A stretch of DNA of 64,000 nucleotides from positions 320,001-384,000 of the forward strand of contig CAWBOS010000010.1 in NCBI GenBank assembly GCA_963790475.1. The letters are read 5' to 3'. The notes under the pieces were generated by a model, which saw nothing but the letters and a program-made list of their open reading frames with translations, was not told the origin of the DNA and searched no databases. The position numbers and the translations under genes are program-made. The first letter of the stretch is position 1; each line of letters begins with the position of its first letter. Source of the DNA: an uncultured delta proteobacterium. Its GTDB lineage: Bacteria; Desulfobacterota; RBG-13-43-22. Below are positions 39,424-48,914 of this stretch, piece after piece.

Positions 39424-41889
39424 TTATCCTTTTGGAACTGCTTTATGAAGTCTTAGGGTGTTTCCAATGACCGTCAGACTGCTGGCAAACATGGCCAGAA
39501 CGGCAATCAAAGGATTTAAGAGCCCGCTCACAGCCAAAGGGATTGCGAGTATATTATAGAAAAAGGCAAACCCCAAATTTTGTCTAATAATAATCAGAGT
39601 CCGTTGGGAAAGATCAATCACTTCCTGGATCTTCAGGGGGTCATCGGCTAACAGGGTGATATCCGAAGCCTCCGTCAAAATTCCGGCCCTTATCCCCAGG
39701 GCAAAACCGACATCCGCCTGAGCCAGGGCCGCCGCATCATTAAATCCGTCCCCGATCATACCGACCTGATGCCCCCGGCTCTGAAGTTCTTTGATGAAGT
39801 GTGCCTTGTCCTGAGGCAAGGCCTGTCCGAGAAAAGAGGTTATGCCCAGCTGGCGGGCGATGGCCGCGGTGGTCTCCTCTGAATCTCCGGAAAGCATCCA
39901 GAGTTGAAAGCCTTTTTGCCGAAGACCTGAAAGGGCTTCCAGGGCCGATTCCTTCAAAACATCTCCAAAGATCAATAATCCTTTAACCCATTCTTCCCAA
40001 CCAAAAAACGCGACGGTCATTCCTTCGCCTTCGTCGGTACTGGCTTGGGACTCGAGGATTTTGGGAATATTCAGGCCCCGGGACTGCATCCAGTTCCGAT
40101 TGCCTATAACCACCTCACAGCCGGCTACGAAACCTTTGATCCCCAAACCGGGCAGCATTTGGAAATCTGTTACCGCTTCCAGACTCAGAGAGGATTCCCG
40201 GGCTTGGTCTTGAATGGCCCGGGCCAAAAAGTGATCGGACAAGGATTCTAAGGATGCGATTCTTTGCCAGGCCTCTTGATCACTACATCCTATAGTGACT
40301 ATTTTACGCAGGCCATATCGTCCTTCGGTCAAGGTGCCGGTCTTATCAAAGGCCAAGACATCCAGCCCCCTGATTTTTTCCAAAGCGGCAGGGTCCCGGA
40401 AAAGGAAACCTTTGGTCCGACCCACACCAATGGCCGCCACTTTGGCCAGAGGAATAGCGATCCCGAGGGTGCAGGGACAGGAGATTACCAGTATCGTTAT
40501 GGCCCGTAGCAGGCTTGTCTCCAGCGAATAACCGCGAAAAATAAGATAGAAGGCCGCCCCTGGGGCCAGGACCAGGAGGCAGGGGACGACCCAGCGGGTC
40601 AGCCGATCGGCGAACAGCTCAACGGCGGTCTTCCGGGACAACCCTTCTTGCATCATGGTAATGAGCTGACCGATAGAACTGTCAGTTCCTACACGGGTGG
40701 CCCTGATCCTCAATTGTCCGTCAAGGAGTAAAGAGCCGGCCCGAACCTCATCATCCGGACCTTTTTGAATTGGGCGTGATTCACCGGTTAAAGAGGATTC
40801 GTCCAGACCGGCCTGTCCCCAGAGGATCCGTCCGTCAACGGCCACTCTCTCTCCGGACAAAACCTCAAATTCATCTCCGGGTCGAACGTCTTCAGCGGCC
40901 AGCCAATTTTCCCTGCCATCAATAAGGAAACGCACCTTCTGGTTGGCCAAAAGGTAGATTTCGGTAAGACCCCGGGATATCCTTTCTTTAGCCCGGGACT
41001 CCAGATGCTTTCCCAGCAGGACCAGGACGATCAGCATGGCGGCCGTATCAAAATAGAGGTGAAGACTACCCCTTCCCAGCTGGAAGAGGCTGTAGCCGTA
41101 AGCGGACAAGGCACCGATGGCAATAAGAACTTCCATATTGGGATTTCCGTGGCCCAATCCGATCAAAGCCTTTTTGAAAATGGGGTATCCTCCGTAGAGA
41201 AGAACCGGTGTTGCCAGAACCCACAAAGGGTAAGATAAGTAACCGACGGCCTCGGCACCCAGGTCCTGAAAGAAGCCGGCATAGAGGGCCAGGGAGATCA
41301 TCATGATGTGAAAGGTCAAAATGGCGGAAATTCCCAGACGCAGCTGGGCATTTTTTTTCTCCTTAACCGATGCGGATGTTTCCTGAAGGGGAGAAGGACG
41401 ATATCCTAATTGGGAGATCCGTTCCTGAATATCTTCCAGAGTCACCTGATGGGGAAGGTATCTTATCCTTACCAAATCGGAGAAGAATTGGGCCTCAACC
41501 TTTATCACGCCGCAGGATCGGCTCAGGACCTCTTCAATCAACCAGGAGCAGGCGCTGCACCACATCCCCTCCACCTTGAGAATCAATTCCCTGGTTAGGG
41601 GATCTTCCGCTTCAGAACCCTCTGAGGCATTCGGATCCGGACTTTGAATTTCTCCCTCACCCTTCCCGCGGGTATCAACCCTTTTCCCGATCAGTTCGGA
41701 GGCCTCGCTGAAACGGTAGAGGGTGGTATTTTTAAAGTCATCCGGCAACCCTCCCGGAAGACCGGAGAGGATTTTAAAGACCTGTCGGCAGCCGAAACAG
41801 CAAAAGTGGAGGTCCTTTTCCCCCTGCTTTTCCCTCAGGCCGGAATTTCCGACCGGCAGTCCACATAAGGTACACTCAAGAAGGCTCAT
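39424..41889 (-). CDS. ccoI: CcoI/FixI-like Cu-translocating P1B ATPase
   Basis: N-terminal CTLC...FCCFGC, GMWCSAC HMA, LTGES, ISCPC, DKTGT, GDGFND, YN...MFASS. Lies downstream of the cco genes. Confidence 0.88.
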   Translation of the reverse strand: MSLLECTLCGLPVGNSGLREKQGEKDLHFCCFGCRQVFKILSGLPGGLPDDFKNTTLYRFSEASELIGKRVDTRGKGEGEIQSPDPNASEGSEAEDPLTRELILKVEGMWCSACSWLIEEVLSRSCGVIKVEAQFFSDLVRIRYLPHQVTLEDIQERISQLGYRPSPLQETSASVKEKKNAQLRLGISAILTFHIMMISLALYAGFFQDLGAEAVGYLSYPLWVLATPVLLYGGYPIFKKALIGLGHGNPNMEVLIAIGALSAYGYSLFQLGRGSLHLYFDTAAMLIVLVLLGKHLESRAKERISRGLTEIYLLANQKVRFLIDGRENWLAAEDVRPGDEFEVLSGERVAVDGRILWGQAGLDESSLTGESRPIQKGPDDEVRAGSLLLDGQLRIRATRVGTDSSIGQLITMMQEGLSRKTAVELFADRLTRWVVPCLLVLAPGAAFYLIFRGYSLETSLLRAITILVISCPCTLGIAIPLAKVAAIGVGRTKGFLFRDPAALEKIRGLDVLAFDKTGTLTEGRYGLRKIVTIGCSDQEAWQRIASLESLSDHFLARAIQDQARESSLSLEAVTDFQMLPGLGIKGFVAGCEVVIGNRNWMQSRGLNIPKILESQASTDEGEGMTVAFFGWEEWVKGLLIFGDVLKESALEALSGLRQKGFQLWMLSGDSEETTAAIARQLGITSFLGQALPQDKAHFIKELQSRGHQVGMIGDGFNDAAALAQADVGFALGIRAGILTEASDITLLADDPLKIQEVIDLSQRTLIIIRQNLGFAFFYNILAIPLAVSGLLNPLIAVLAMFASSLTVIGNTLRLHKAVPKG

Positions 41890-41963
41890 GATTGATCAAC
41901 AAGAAAGACCTTTATTGGGTTATCGCAAAGAAATCTTTCGATGAAATAATTCCAAATTGTGTT

Positions 41964-42096
41964 TGACAAGTTTGTTAAAAGTCGCTGAAATCCAAGTTGC
42001 GTCATTCCGGTGAAAGCCGGAATCCAGTATTGTTAAGCAGTTAAAAATTCTGGACCCCGGTTTTCACCGGGGCGACGACTTTTTACGAATCCATCA
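41964..42096. repeat. MITE-like unit carrying a REP-type palindrome pair
   Basis: GTCATTCCGG-TGAAAG-CCGGAATCCAG ... CTGGACCCCGG-TTTTCA-CCGGGGCGAC, inside imperfect 21-bp inverted ends (15/21 match). Confidence 0.7.
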
Positions 42097-42250
42097 TATT
42101 TATTAAGGGCTTCAATATACTATTGACCAAATTTTGCTGCCGGGGACCGGGTATTCTTCTTTTCCAGAATTATCATAGATTTTTTCTACACGGGATTGGG
42201 CTCCTTTCCGCCCCCATTATAAATTAGTTTCTGATTTGGGGGAAAGGGTT

Positions 42251-42973
42251 TCAATGACATTGGACCAAAGGGAATAGCAGGAGTTTGGCTCCTTTGAACA
42301 TTAAGAACAAACCCATGGCTATGACCGAAAGGGCAGCCACCCGTTCCCCAATGACCCTGATCCTCAGAGTCAGCAGGGAAGCTGAAACTCCCACGGTCAA
42401 CAAGGCTGGAACTGTGCCCAAACCAAAGGCCAGCATGGTCATAGCTCCTTGGGCTACATTTTCCGTTATGGCCGCCCTGATAAGCATGGAAGAGGTAAGG
42501 GAACAGGGCAGGAGTCCGCAGGCAGCCCCAATGGCCATTTTAGAAATGGAACCCGGCCTTTGCCACAGGGAGGGAAGAAAACGGTCCCAAAGGGATCGGA
42601 AGGGCATTGAATAGCGGGTCAAAAAGGCGGGCAAGGGGAAAACTTTCAGGAAAACAAGTCCCAGGAGAGTGATCAGGGCTCCTCCACCCAGGAGGAGGCC
42701 ACCGCGGATATTCAGATAAAGATTAAGACCAACTATAGCAAAAAGACCTGCGACCAGGGCCCCCAATATTCCATAAGTGATGATCCTTCCAGAATGAAAG
42801 GCCAGATGGTGAAAAACCCCTTTGCTCCAGGAAAAGGGATTCGGATTCCCGATTGGTAGTTGAGCCTTTTTTATGTTCAGGGAGTAAGCCATGACCAAAG
42901 GACCGCACATCCCCAGGCAATGAAGGCTGCCCAACAATCCGATCAGGAAAGGGGCCACCAGTTCGACGCTCAT
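42251..42973 (-). CDS. DsbD_2/TauE-like cbb3 maturation membrane protein
   Basis: GSLHCLGMCGP, GRIITY, GLLPC, AFGLGTVP. Confidence 0.88.
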   Translation of the reverse strand: MSVELVAPFLIGLLGSLHCLGMCGPLVMAYSLNIKKAQLPIGNPNPFSWSKGVFHHLAFHSGRIITYGILGALVAGLFAIVGLNLYLNIRGGLLLGGGALITLLGLVFLKVFPLPAFLTRYSMPFRSLWDRFLPSLWQRPGSISKMAIGAACGLLPCSLTSSMLIRAAITENVAQGAMTMLAFGLGTVPALLTVGVSASLLTLRIRVIGERVAALSVIAMGLFLMFKGAKLLLFPLVQCH

Positions 42974-43509
42974 CGGGGGGGCTTCCCTTCATCTTTATTT
43001 TCGGCTATGGCCCGAAGATAGTTGATGATGGCCCAGCGGTCTTCCGCTGCGACGGTGGCAAATAAAGGGGGTTGTCTTTTATTGCCCAGGCTGATTTTGT
43101 AAAACAGTTCTCCGTCCGTCTGGGCCTGCACCTTGGGGTCTAAAAGATACGTGGGCAAAGGATAGAAACTTTGCCCCACAGTGGCCTTCCCATCGAGCCC
43201 GGGACCATGACACTGTACACAGTAATATAGATAGCTTTGCCTTCCCTGGTCTATTATCGCTTGGGTCATCGGCAAGGGGTTGATCAATTTTTTGGGGTTT
43301 GATCTTCTCAAGGTCTCGATCCCCCCGCCCTGCGGGATGGTTCCTTTGGGCATGATCGGAAAGGAAATTTGATAAGTATTGATGGCCTCATCATCCCGCA
43401 TCCGGCCGTAGTAGTTGCTGACCAGGATGGAAAGGAAAAAGAGAAAAAAGGCCAAAAGCCCCACACCCAGACCGGAGAGGATAAAGATTTTTTTCCAGGA
43501 CATAGTCAC
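42970..43509 (-). CDS. Membrane-anchored monoheme cytochrome c (ActE-like)
   Basis: N-terminal TM, MPKGTIP, NPLP, CVQCHG, DGELFYKI, DRWAIINY. Confidence 0.8.
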   Translation of the reverse strand: MTMSWKKIFILSGLGVGLLAFFLFFLSILVSNYYGRMRDDEAINTYQISFPIMPKGTIPQGGGIETLRRSNPKKLINPLPMTQAIIDQGRQSYLYYCVQCHGPGLDGKATVGQSFYPLPTYLLDPKVQAQTDGELFYKISLGNKRQPPLFATVAAEDRWAIINYLRAIAENKDEGKPPR

Positions 43510-43847
43510 CGTCCTCCCTGATGAGTGGATTTTTCGCCCCCCAGGGTTTTGCCCATCACATGTTGCTGCCGAATCTTTTCCCCTTCTTCCAGCGGGGCCG
43601 TGCCAGCCTGTTTTTCGGCCCCACGGACCGAATAAATTGACTGGCCGGGCACATCGTCAATGGTGCCGTAGCGCCAGGGAGGCGGCCAACTGACCCCAAC
43701 GGTATAAAAAATAAATAGCCCCCAGAATAAAAAGGCTATGGCCACGACCAGCACGATACTCCAGCTCATGGCCATTGATCCCTCATTTTCAGGAGCAACT
43801 TTTCCCCGTTTTTTGTTGTTCAGGTTTTTTGATTCCATTCTACCCAA
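43506..43847 (-). CDS. Small membrane protein in cco cluster
   Basis: Single TM followed by WRYGTIDDVPGQS; coupled to its neighbours. Confidence 0.6.
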   Translation of the reverse strand: MGRMESKNLNNKKRGKVAPENEGSMAMSWSIVLVVAIAFLFWGLFIFYTVGVSWPPPWRYGTIDDVPGQSIYSVRGAEKQAGTAPLEEGEKIRQQHVMGKTLGGEKSTHQGGR

Positions 43848-44124
43848 TGGCCTTTACCCTGAGCCCGACCAGGATCAAGTAGGCCAGGGCCCAGACGATG
43901 ACACCGACATAAACAATAATAAGAAACGGCGGCATGGGATTATTCGGCTTCTTCTGTTCCTCCTCGGACCCAACCCCCTCGGGCTTTTTGATATCCTCTC
44001 CGCTTATCTCCGGAGGGGTTTTTGGATAAAAGGCCCAGGCGACATAGAGAAGGACCAAAGTCCCCAGCCCCAAAAAAAAGGCCAGGGCCATTTCCTGCAA
44101 GGTGGTCAAGGGGAAAAAAGGCAT
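43840..44124 (-). CDS. Small two-TM protein (CcoQ/CcoP N-terminus-like)
   Basis: Two TMs, with NNPMPPF resembling the CcoP N-terminal DNPLP motif. Confidence 0.55.
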   Translation of the reverse strand: MPFFPLTTLQEMALAFFLGLGTLVLLYVAWAFYPKTPPEISGEDIKKPEGVGSEEEQKKPNNPMPPFLIIVYVGVIVWALAYLILVGLRVKAIG

Positions 44125-44132
44125 GGCCTACC

Positions 44133-44387
44133 TTACCCTTTTAAAGCCAAAAATAAAGAGCCCGTTAAACCCACGACCATCAAAAGTCCGATAAACATTA
44201 AGACATAAACCTCCATGGCCAGCCTGGCCGGATCTTTGACCATGGGCTGGGGGAGGATGTCCCGCAGGGGCAGGTAGCGGGCCCGGTCCTGATCGGAAAA
44301 CTGTCCGCTCTGGAGCCCCCACAAAAAGGCCACCACCGAGACCCACAGGCCGAAAGCGATCAAAATCATCCAGGCTGAAAAATACAT
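44133..44387 (-). CDS. ccoS: cbb3 oxidase maturation protein CcoS
   Basis: AFLWGLQSGQFSD motif. Confidence 0.85.
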   Translation of the reverse strand: MYFSAWMILIAFGLWVSVVAFLWGLQSGQFSDQDRARYLPLRDILPQPMVKDPARLAMEVYVLMFIGLLMVVGLTGSLFLALKG

Positions 44388-44388
44388 C

Positions 44389-45369
44389 CTATTTCTCCTT
44401 CTCCCTGCTCAAGGCCTTGGACAGGGGCTCATTCCCAGGGGGTTCGTAGGCGGCATCGATCCCTTTGGGTTCCTTATGGGCGTCACTTTGGCCGATGAAA
44501 TAAACGGCCACATAATTCCCCACTTCCCAGATCTTGGCGGATTCCAACTCCTTTTTAAAATAAGGCATGGCCGTACCGGTGATTCCGTTCATAACCTGAT
44601 GGTACAAAATACCTCCGGAAACCCCCCGCTGGTTCAACAGAGTAAAGTTGAGGGGCGGGGGAGAGAGATAGGGTTCGGCTGGCCCCATACCGTCGCCGAT
44701 CGGACCGTGGCAGCCGATACAAAAGCCCTGATAAATCTTATGTCCCCGTTCCAGACCGGCCTCGGTGGTCGGGTAGGGGTTGGTCAGCTTTCTCCAGGGC
44801 TCAGGGACCATTTGGTGCAGCCACTTAATATTCTCATCAGGCCCGGTCTCGTAAGCTTTAATGGCCTTGGCCTTCCATACTTTCTGCCTCTGAACCCGGA
44901 AGTCGGCCATACGGAATCCCAGGCTTTGTTTATAGGCGATCAGGGCCTTGATATTTTCCTTTCCCAGAAATTTCCAGGAGGGCATGATCGATTCCGGACG
45001 GACAAACCTGGGGTTGGTAAAGTGGGCCCAATGCCAGTCATCCGGGTGTTCCCCTCCTTCCTGGGAGAGATCCGGACCGGTTCGCTCCGTACCTACCAGA
45101 TGAGGCTGATCTTGGACATAATCGCCGGAGAGGGCGATTCGCTCGGAACCGATGTCCCAGTCCATATCCCGGACAAACTGGGTATGGCAAAAGGTGCATC
45201 CGTTTCGCACATAGACTTCCCGACCCAGAGCCTCTAGGGGGGATCGGGTCCGAAAGATTTCCGAAGGCTGTTCGCTGATGGTCGTCCAGGGTAGGATAAC
45301 GGCGACAAAGAGTACCGAGGCGAAGATGATCAGGCCCCCGAAAACAATGATCCTCAGGTTCATCTTCAT
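44389..45369 (-). CDS. ccoO: cbb3 oxidase subunit II CcoO fused to a second cytochrome c domain
   Basis: GREVYVRNGCTFCHTQFVR, GTERTGPDL, SIMP; second heme CIGCHG...GTAMP. Confidence 0.88.
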   Translation of the reverse strand: MKMNLRIIVFGGLIIFASVLFVAVILPWTTISEQPSEIFRTRSPLEALGREVYVRNGCTFCHTQFVRDMDWDIGSERIALSGDYVQDQPHLVGTERTGPDLSQEGGEHPDDWHWAHFTNPRFVRPESIMPSWKFLGKENIKALIAYKQSLGFRMADFRVQRQKVWKAKAIKAYETGPDENIKWLHQMVPEPWRKLTNPYPTTEAGLERGHKIYQGFCIGCHGPIGDGMGPAEPYLSPPPLNFTLLNQRGVSGGILYHQVMNGITGTAMPYFKKELESAKIWEVGNYVAVYFIGQSDAHKEPKGIDAAYEPPGNEPLSKALSREKEK

Positions 45370-46748
45370 GGGGCTTCCCCCTTCCAATCCGTGGAGGACT
45401 CATTAACCCCGTAAATGCTCTTGTAGATGTTGATCAGTCCCAGGACCGCCCCGCCGACGATCAACAGACCGATGGAGGCCCGAAGGATCATGTAAACATG
45501 GATCTCGGGCAGAATCTTGTAAACCACCTGACCGTTCAACCAGCCATGCCCCTGGACCAAACCGGCCGCGGTCAGGACGGTAAAGAAGCCGGTCATGCCG
45601 ATAAGCACCAGCCAATACTGGATATCGGCCCAACGACGGTTGTAGAGGGGACGACCGGTTACCCGGGGCAGGATAAAATAAATTCCCCCCAGGGCAATGG
45701 TTCCGGAAAATCCCAGAACGCCCATGTGGGCATGGGCTACCACCCAGTTGGTCAAATGGGTTACGCGCTGGAGCATGGGCAGTGACTGCAGTGGACCCTG
45801 AATGCAGGTAAAAACATACCAGACCAGACCGGCCATAACAAACTTGCCCCCGATGTCGGCATGGATCAGACCCAGACGGCCGCGCATGGTCAGCCAGAGA
45901 TTGATCAACACGGTCAAAACCGGGATAAACATCCCTAAACTGCCAGTGATGGCCACCACCTTCAACCAGGTGGGCACCGGCGTCTGCAGAAGATGGTGGG
46001 CCCCTATGTGGGTGTAAAGCACCAGGATGCTCCAGAACCCGACCAGGGACAGGGAGTGGCTGTAAAGCGGAGACCGGCAGACAATGGGGATGATGTAATA
46101 AGCAAGGGCAACCGCCAGAGGAGTCAGGAATAATCCCACCACCCCATGGCCGTAAAACCAGGCCAGGACGGCATCGGGCAGGCCGGTAATGGCTCCAGTA
46201 GAAGGGTTCCAGACCGCATTGCCGAAAAAATAGATCAGAAAGATGTAGACCAGACCGGCAAAGATATACCAGATGGACACATACAAGGTCTTTTCCTGGC
46301 GCCTTCCGGCCGTCCGAAAAAGATTATAAAAAAACAGAGAGAAACACAACAAGACCCCTATATCGACCGGCCAGATCCATTCGGCATATTCCCGGCCCTG
46401 GGAATAGCCCAGGGCCAGGGTGACGGTCCCGGAGGCGATAGTCAGATTCCAGATCCACAGGGAAAACTTTCCCAATCGTTCGCTGTACAGAGGACTTCGC
46501 AACAAAGTAGGCACCAGGTAAAAAGCCGAGCCTAACAAGGCGGTGCCGACAAAACCGAAGATGACCACATTGGTGTGCATGGGCCGGGTCCGGCCGAAGA
46601 CCAGCCAGGAGATGTTTCCCAAAAGGTCGGGGGCGACCAGATGGGTGGCATCGATGAAGCCGATCGCTGGACCGATGACAAACCAAACGGCCGCGCTTAA
46701 AAAAAAGGCCTTGACGGTCCCGTAGGATTCCTCTTTCAAAAATTGCAC
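45366..46748 (-). CDS. ccoN: cbb3-type heme-copper oxidase subunit I
   Basis: FGRTRPMHTN, REYAE, WFYGH, LYTHIGAHHL, VAHAHMG. Confidence 0.9.
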   Translation of the reverse strand: MQFLKEESYGTVKAFFLSAAVWFVIGPAIGFIDATHLVAPDLLGNISWLVFGRTRPMHTNVVIFGFVGTALLGSAFYLVPTLLRSPLYSERLGKFSLWIWNLTIASGTVTLALGYSQGREYAEWIWPVDIGVLLCFSLFFYNLFRTAGRRQEKTLYVSIWYIFAGLVYIFLIYFFGNAVWNPSTGAITGLPDAVLAWFYGHGVVGLFLTPLAVALAYYIIPIVCRSPLYSHSLSLVGFWSILVLYTHIGAHHLLQTPVPTWLKVVAITGSLGMFIPVLTVLINLWLTMRGRLGLIHADIGGKFVMAGLVWYVFTCIQGPLQSLPMLQRVTHLTNWVVAHAHMGVLGFSGTIALGGIYFILPRVTGRPLYNRRWADIQYWLVLIGMTGFFTVLTAAGLVQGHGWLNGQVVYKILPEIHVYMILRASIGLLIVGGAVLGLINIYKSIYGVNESSTDWKGEAP

Positions 46749-46827
46749 TTGGTTAACCCCTGTTTTTTGACAATCTCAAAACCAACAAATCATAAATTTT
46801 GAAAATTGATGCAAAAAGCCCCTCTGC

Positions 46828-47053
46828 GTCATTCCGGCGAAGAGGCTGTGTCGCAATTGTATTTATGTCATTCCGTGCAAGCGAAGCGAGACATGGAATC
46901 CAGTATTTCCAATAAGTTCTGGATACCGGCTTTCGCCGGTAAGACGCCTTTGATGGCACTTCCAGTAATTGTGACACAGCCTCGAAAGCCGGAATCCAGA
47001 ATAAAAAAGATTTCCATGAAGCTATACCTCGGCTTTCGCCAGAAGGGGTGACG
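46828..47053. repeat. REP-type palindrome interrupted by a 142-bp MITE (46842-46983) that itself carries a REP pair
   Basis: GTCATTCCGGC-GAA-[GAGGCTGTGTCGCAATT...AATTGTGACACAGCCTC]-GAA-AGCCGGAATCCAG. Confidence 0.85.
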
Positions 47054-47080
47054 ATCTTACTCCAAAGCGATACTCCCATC

Positions 47081-47115
47081 CCTTGTACCTTATACCTTGT
47101 ACCATGTACCTTACC
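47081..47115. repeat. Degenerate heptamer tandem repeat (CCTTGTA)x5
   Basis: ccttgta ccttata ccttgta ccatgta ccttacc. Confidence 0.75.
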
Positions 47116-47121
47116 CCTTTT

Positions 47122-47673
47122 TTAATGGTGACAGGCCAGCCAGCAATCCAGTTGGGCCTTTTTTAATTTATGGCAGTCAATACAAAATTTCATCTTAAAT
47201 TTCTTTTTTTGCAGCCGGTCCATCCGCTCCACTTCCCCGTGGCAGTCACGGCAATCCAGTTTTCCGAAGCGCAAATGCGGCTGATGCCTGAACTTGACGA
47301 AATCGGGGACATAGAAGATGCGCACCCAGGGCACCGGCCTCCCGCTGTCATAATGCTCCTTTTCTTTAAGGAGCATGGGATGGGTGGGGATGATGTATTT
47401 ATGGCAGAAAAAACATTTTTCCATTTCCGGGAGTCCGGCATGTTCCGACCTCTCCACGTAGGGGTGACAAAACCGGCAGTTGATGGCCTTGACCCCGGCA
47501 TGAACCCGGTGGCTGAAAGGAACGGGCTGTCTGGGTCCGACCCCCTCACCGGGGTAAACATAATAAAAATAGAGCATCAGGGCCATCAGCAAAACTCCTA
47601 AGGAAAACCACTTTTTCCATGACGGCCCCTGCCCATTTTTTTTTGGTCGATCTTCAGCCATGGAGTTCATCAC
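47122..47673 (-). CDS. actA: Membrane-anchored pentaheme cytochrome c (ActA/QrcA-like)
   Basis: QPVPFSHRVH, CRFCH, CFFCH, F.HQPH, CRDCH, MKFCIDCH, CWLACH. Confidence 0.85.
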   Translation of the reverse strand: MMNSMAEDRPKKNGQGPSWKKWFSLGVLLMALMLYFYYVYPGEGVGPRQPVPFSHRVHAGVKAINCRFCHPYVERSEHAGLPEMEKCFFCHKYIIPTHPMLLKEKEHYDSGRPVPWVRIFYVPDFVKFRHQPHLRFGKLDCRDCHGEVERMDRLQKKKFKMKFCIDCHKLKKAQLDCWLACHH

Positions 47674-48914
47674 CGGCCTTCCTCATGGTCCGCATTCAGG
47701 GTGTCTAAAAATATGGGGTCCGTCAAGGGGAGCAAGGGGAACCGTTTAAAAAACCATTGGAGGCTCAAGGCCATGAGGCCTAAGAAACCGAGGCTGATCA
47801 AAAATTCCGAAAAACCCAAAGGGAGTCCCGGTCTTTTCCACAGGGAGGGGGCCACCAGCAGAAAACGCTCCAGCCACATCCCGATAAGGATGAGACCGGT
47901 CAGAATCAGCATGGGCCCCTGTTTCATTTTGACCTTTTTGCTCAACAGGGTGCCGAAGGGCACAATAAAAAAGAGGATCAGCACGGTCCAGGCCAGGAAA
48001 TTCCAGGGAGGAAAATTGACCCGGCTGATCACGAACCTGCTCTCTTCCGGCAGGTTCCCATACCAGATCACCAGGAATTGGGAAAAGAAAAAATCACCGT
48101 TGGTCAGACAAAAGGCCAGGAGCAACTTTCCAAGATCATGAAACTGGCTTTTTTGGATGAAATTTCCCAAGTCAAAGGTCTTGACCGAAATGATGGAAAG
48201 AAAGATCAAGGCGGCCAGGGCGCTGTAAAAGGCACCGGTGAAAAAATACATCCCGAAAAGGGTGCTGTACCAGTGGGGGGATAAAGACATGACCAGGTCA
48301 AAGCCGATCAGGCTGAGGGTCAGGGCATAAAGGATGGCCAGGATGGGCGCCAGGATGGCTTGTTTACGCAAGTTTTCTTTTCCTCGGTCCCGGAATCTTT
48401 CCCAGGCTTCAATCCCTTGGGAGGAAACTTCTTTTTCGCCCCGAACCGAAAAATAAACCAGGCCCAGAGAGACGGCCGTCAGCATGAAGAGGAAAATTCC
48501 GTCCCGGGCAAAGAGAAAGCCGATATTCAACCAGGCGGCCTTGAGGGGCAACGGGTGCTGAATCCAGGGGAAAAGTCTTTCCCGGCCTAAAAAAAGGACC
48601 CAGAAAAGCAGGAAGGCCAAGGGCAGAAAGACGACCGGGGCCTCGGCCAGGCGTTTTACCGGTCTTCCCCAACGAGCCTTGGTAATCACCAGGGTGGCGG
48701 AAAAAAGGACCGAGCCGAAGGCCATTCCGGACCAGAAAAGATAATTGATCAAAAAGATCTGCCAGGCCCTTTCCGGCTGTGGTCCCAAGACGCAGAACAA
48801 AAAGACGGCCCCGCCGACCAGGACCGCGGCCAGGAAGACCACGGACCAGCCGTTAGAGCCGGTGTTCTGGCCGGCGGCCTTCATCACTTGGCAGATTTCA
48901 TCCCGCGTAGTCAT
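47670..48914 (-). CDS. actF: Alternative complex III subunit ActF
   Basis: ARWGRPVKRLAE, DLVMSLSPHWYSTLFG, HDLGKLL, SQFLVIWYGNLPEE. Confidence 0.88.
   Translation of the reverse strand: MTTRDEICQVMKAAGQNTGSNGWSVVFLAAVLVGGAVFLFCVLGPQPERAWQIFLINYLFWSGMAFGSVLFSATLVITKARWGRPVKRLAEAPVVFLPLAFLLFWVLFLGRERLFPWIQHPLPLKAAWLNIGFLFARDGIFLFMLTAVSLGLVYFSVRGEKEVSSQGIEAWERFRDRGKENLRKQAILAPILAILYALTLSLIGFDLVMSLSPHWYSTLFGMYFFTGAFYSALAALIFLSIISVKTFDLGNFIQKSQFHDLGKLLLAFCLTNGDFFFSQFLVIWYGNLPEESRFVISRVNFPPWNFLAWTVLILFFIVPFGTLLSKKVKMKQGPMLILTGLILIGMWLERFLLVAPSLWKRPGLPLGFSEFLISLGFLGLMALSLQWFFKRFPLLPLTDPIFLDTLNADHEEGR

Noticed and set aside
46753-47079. 108-aa ORF (WIPAF...WIPCLA)
   Set aside because: It is a translation of the REP/MITE palindromes.
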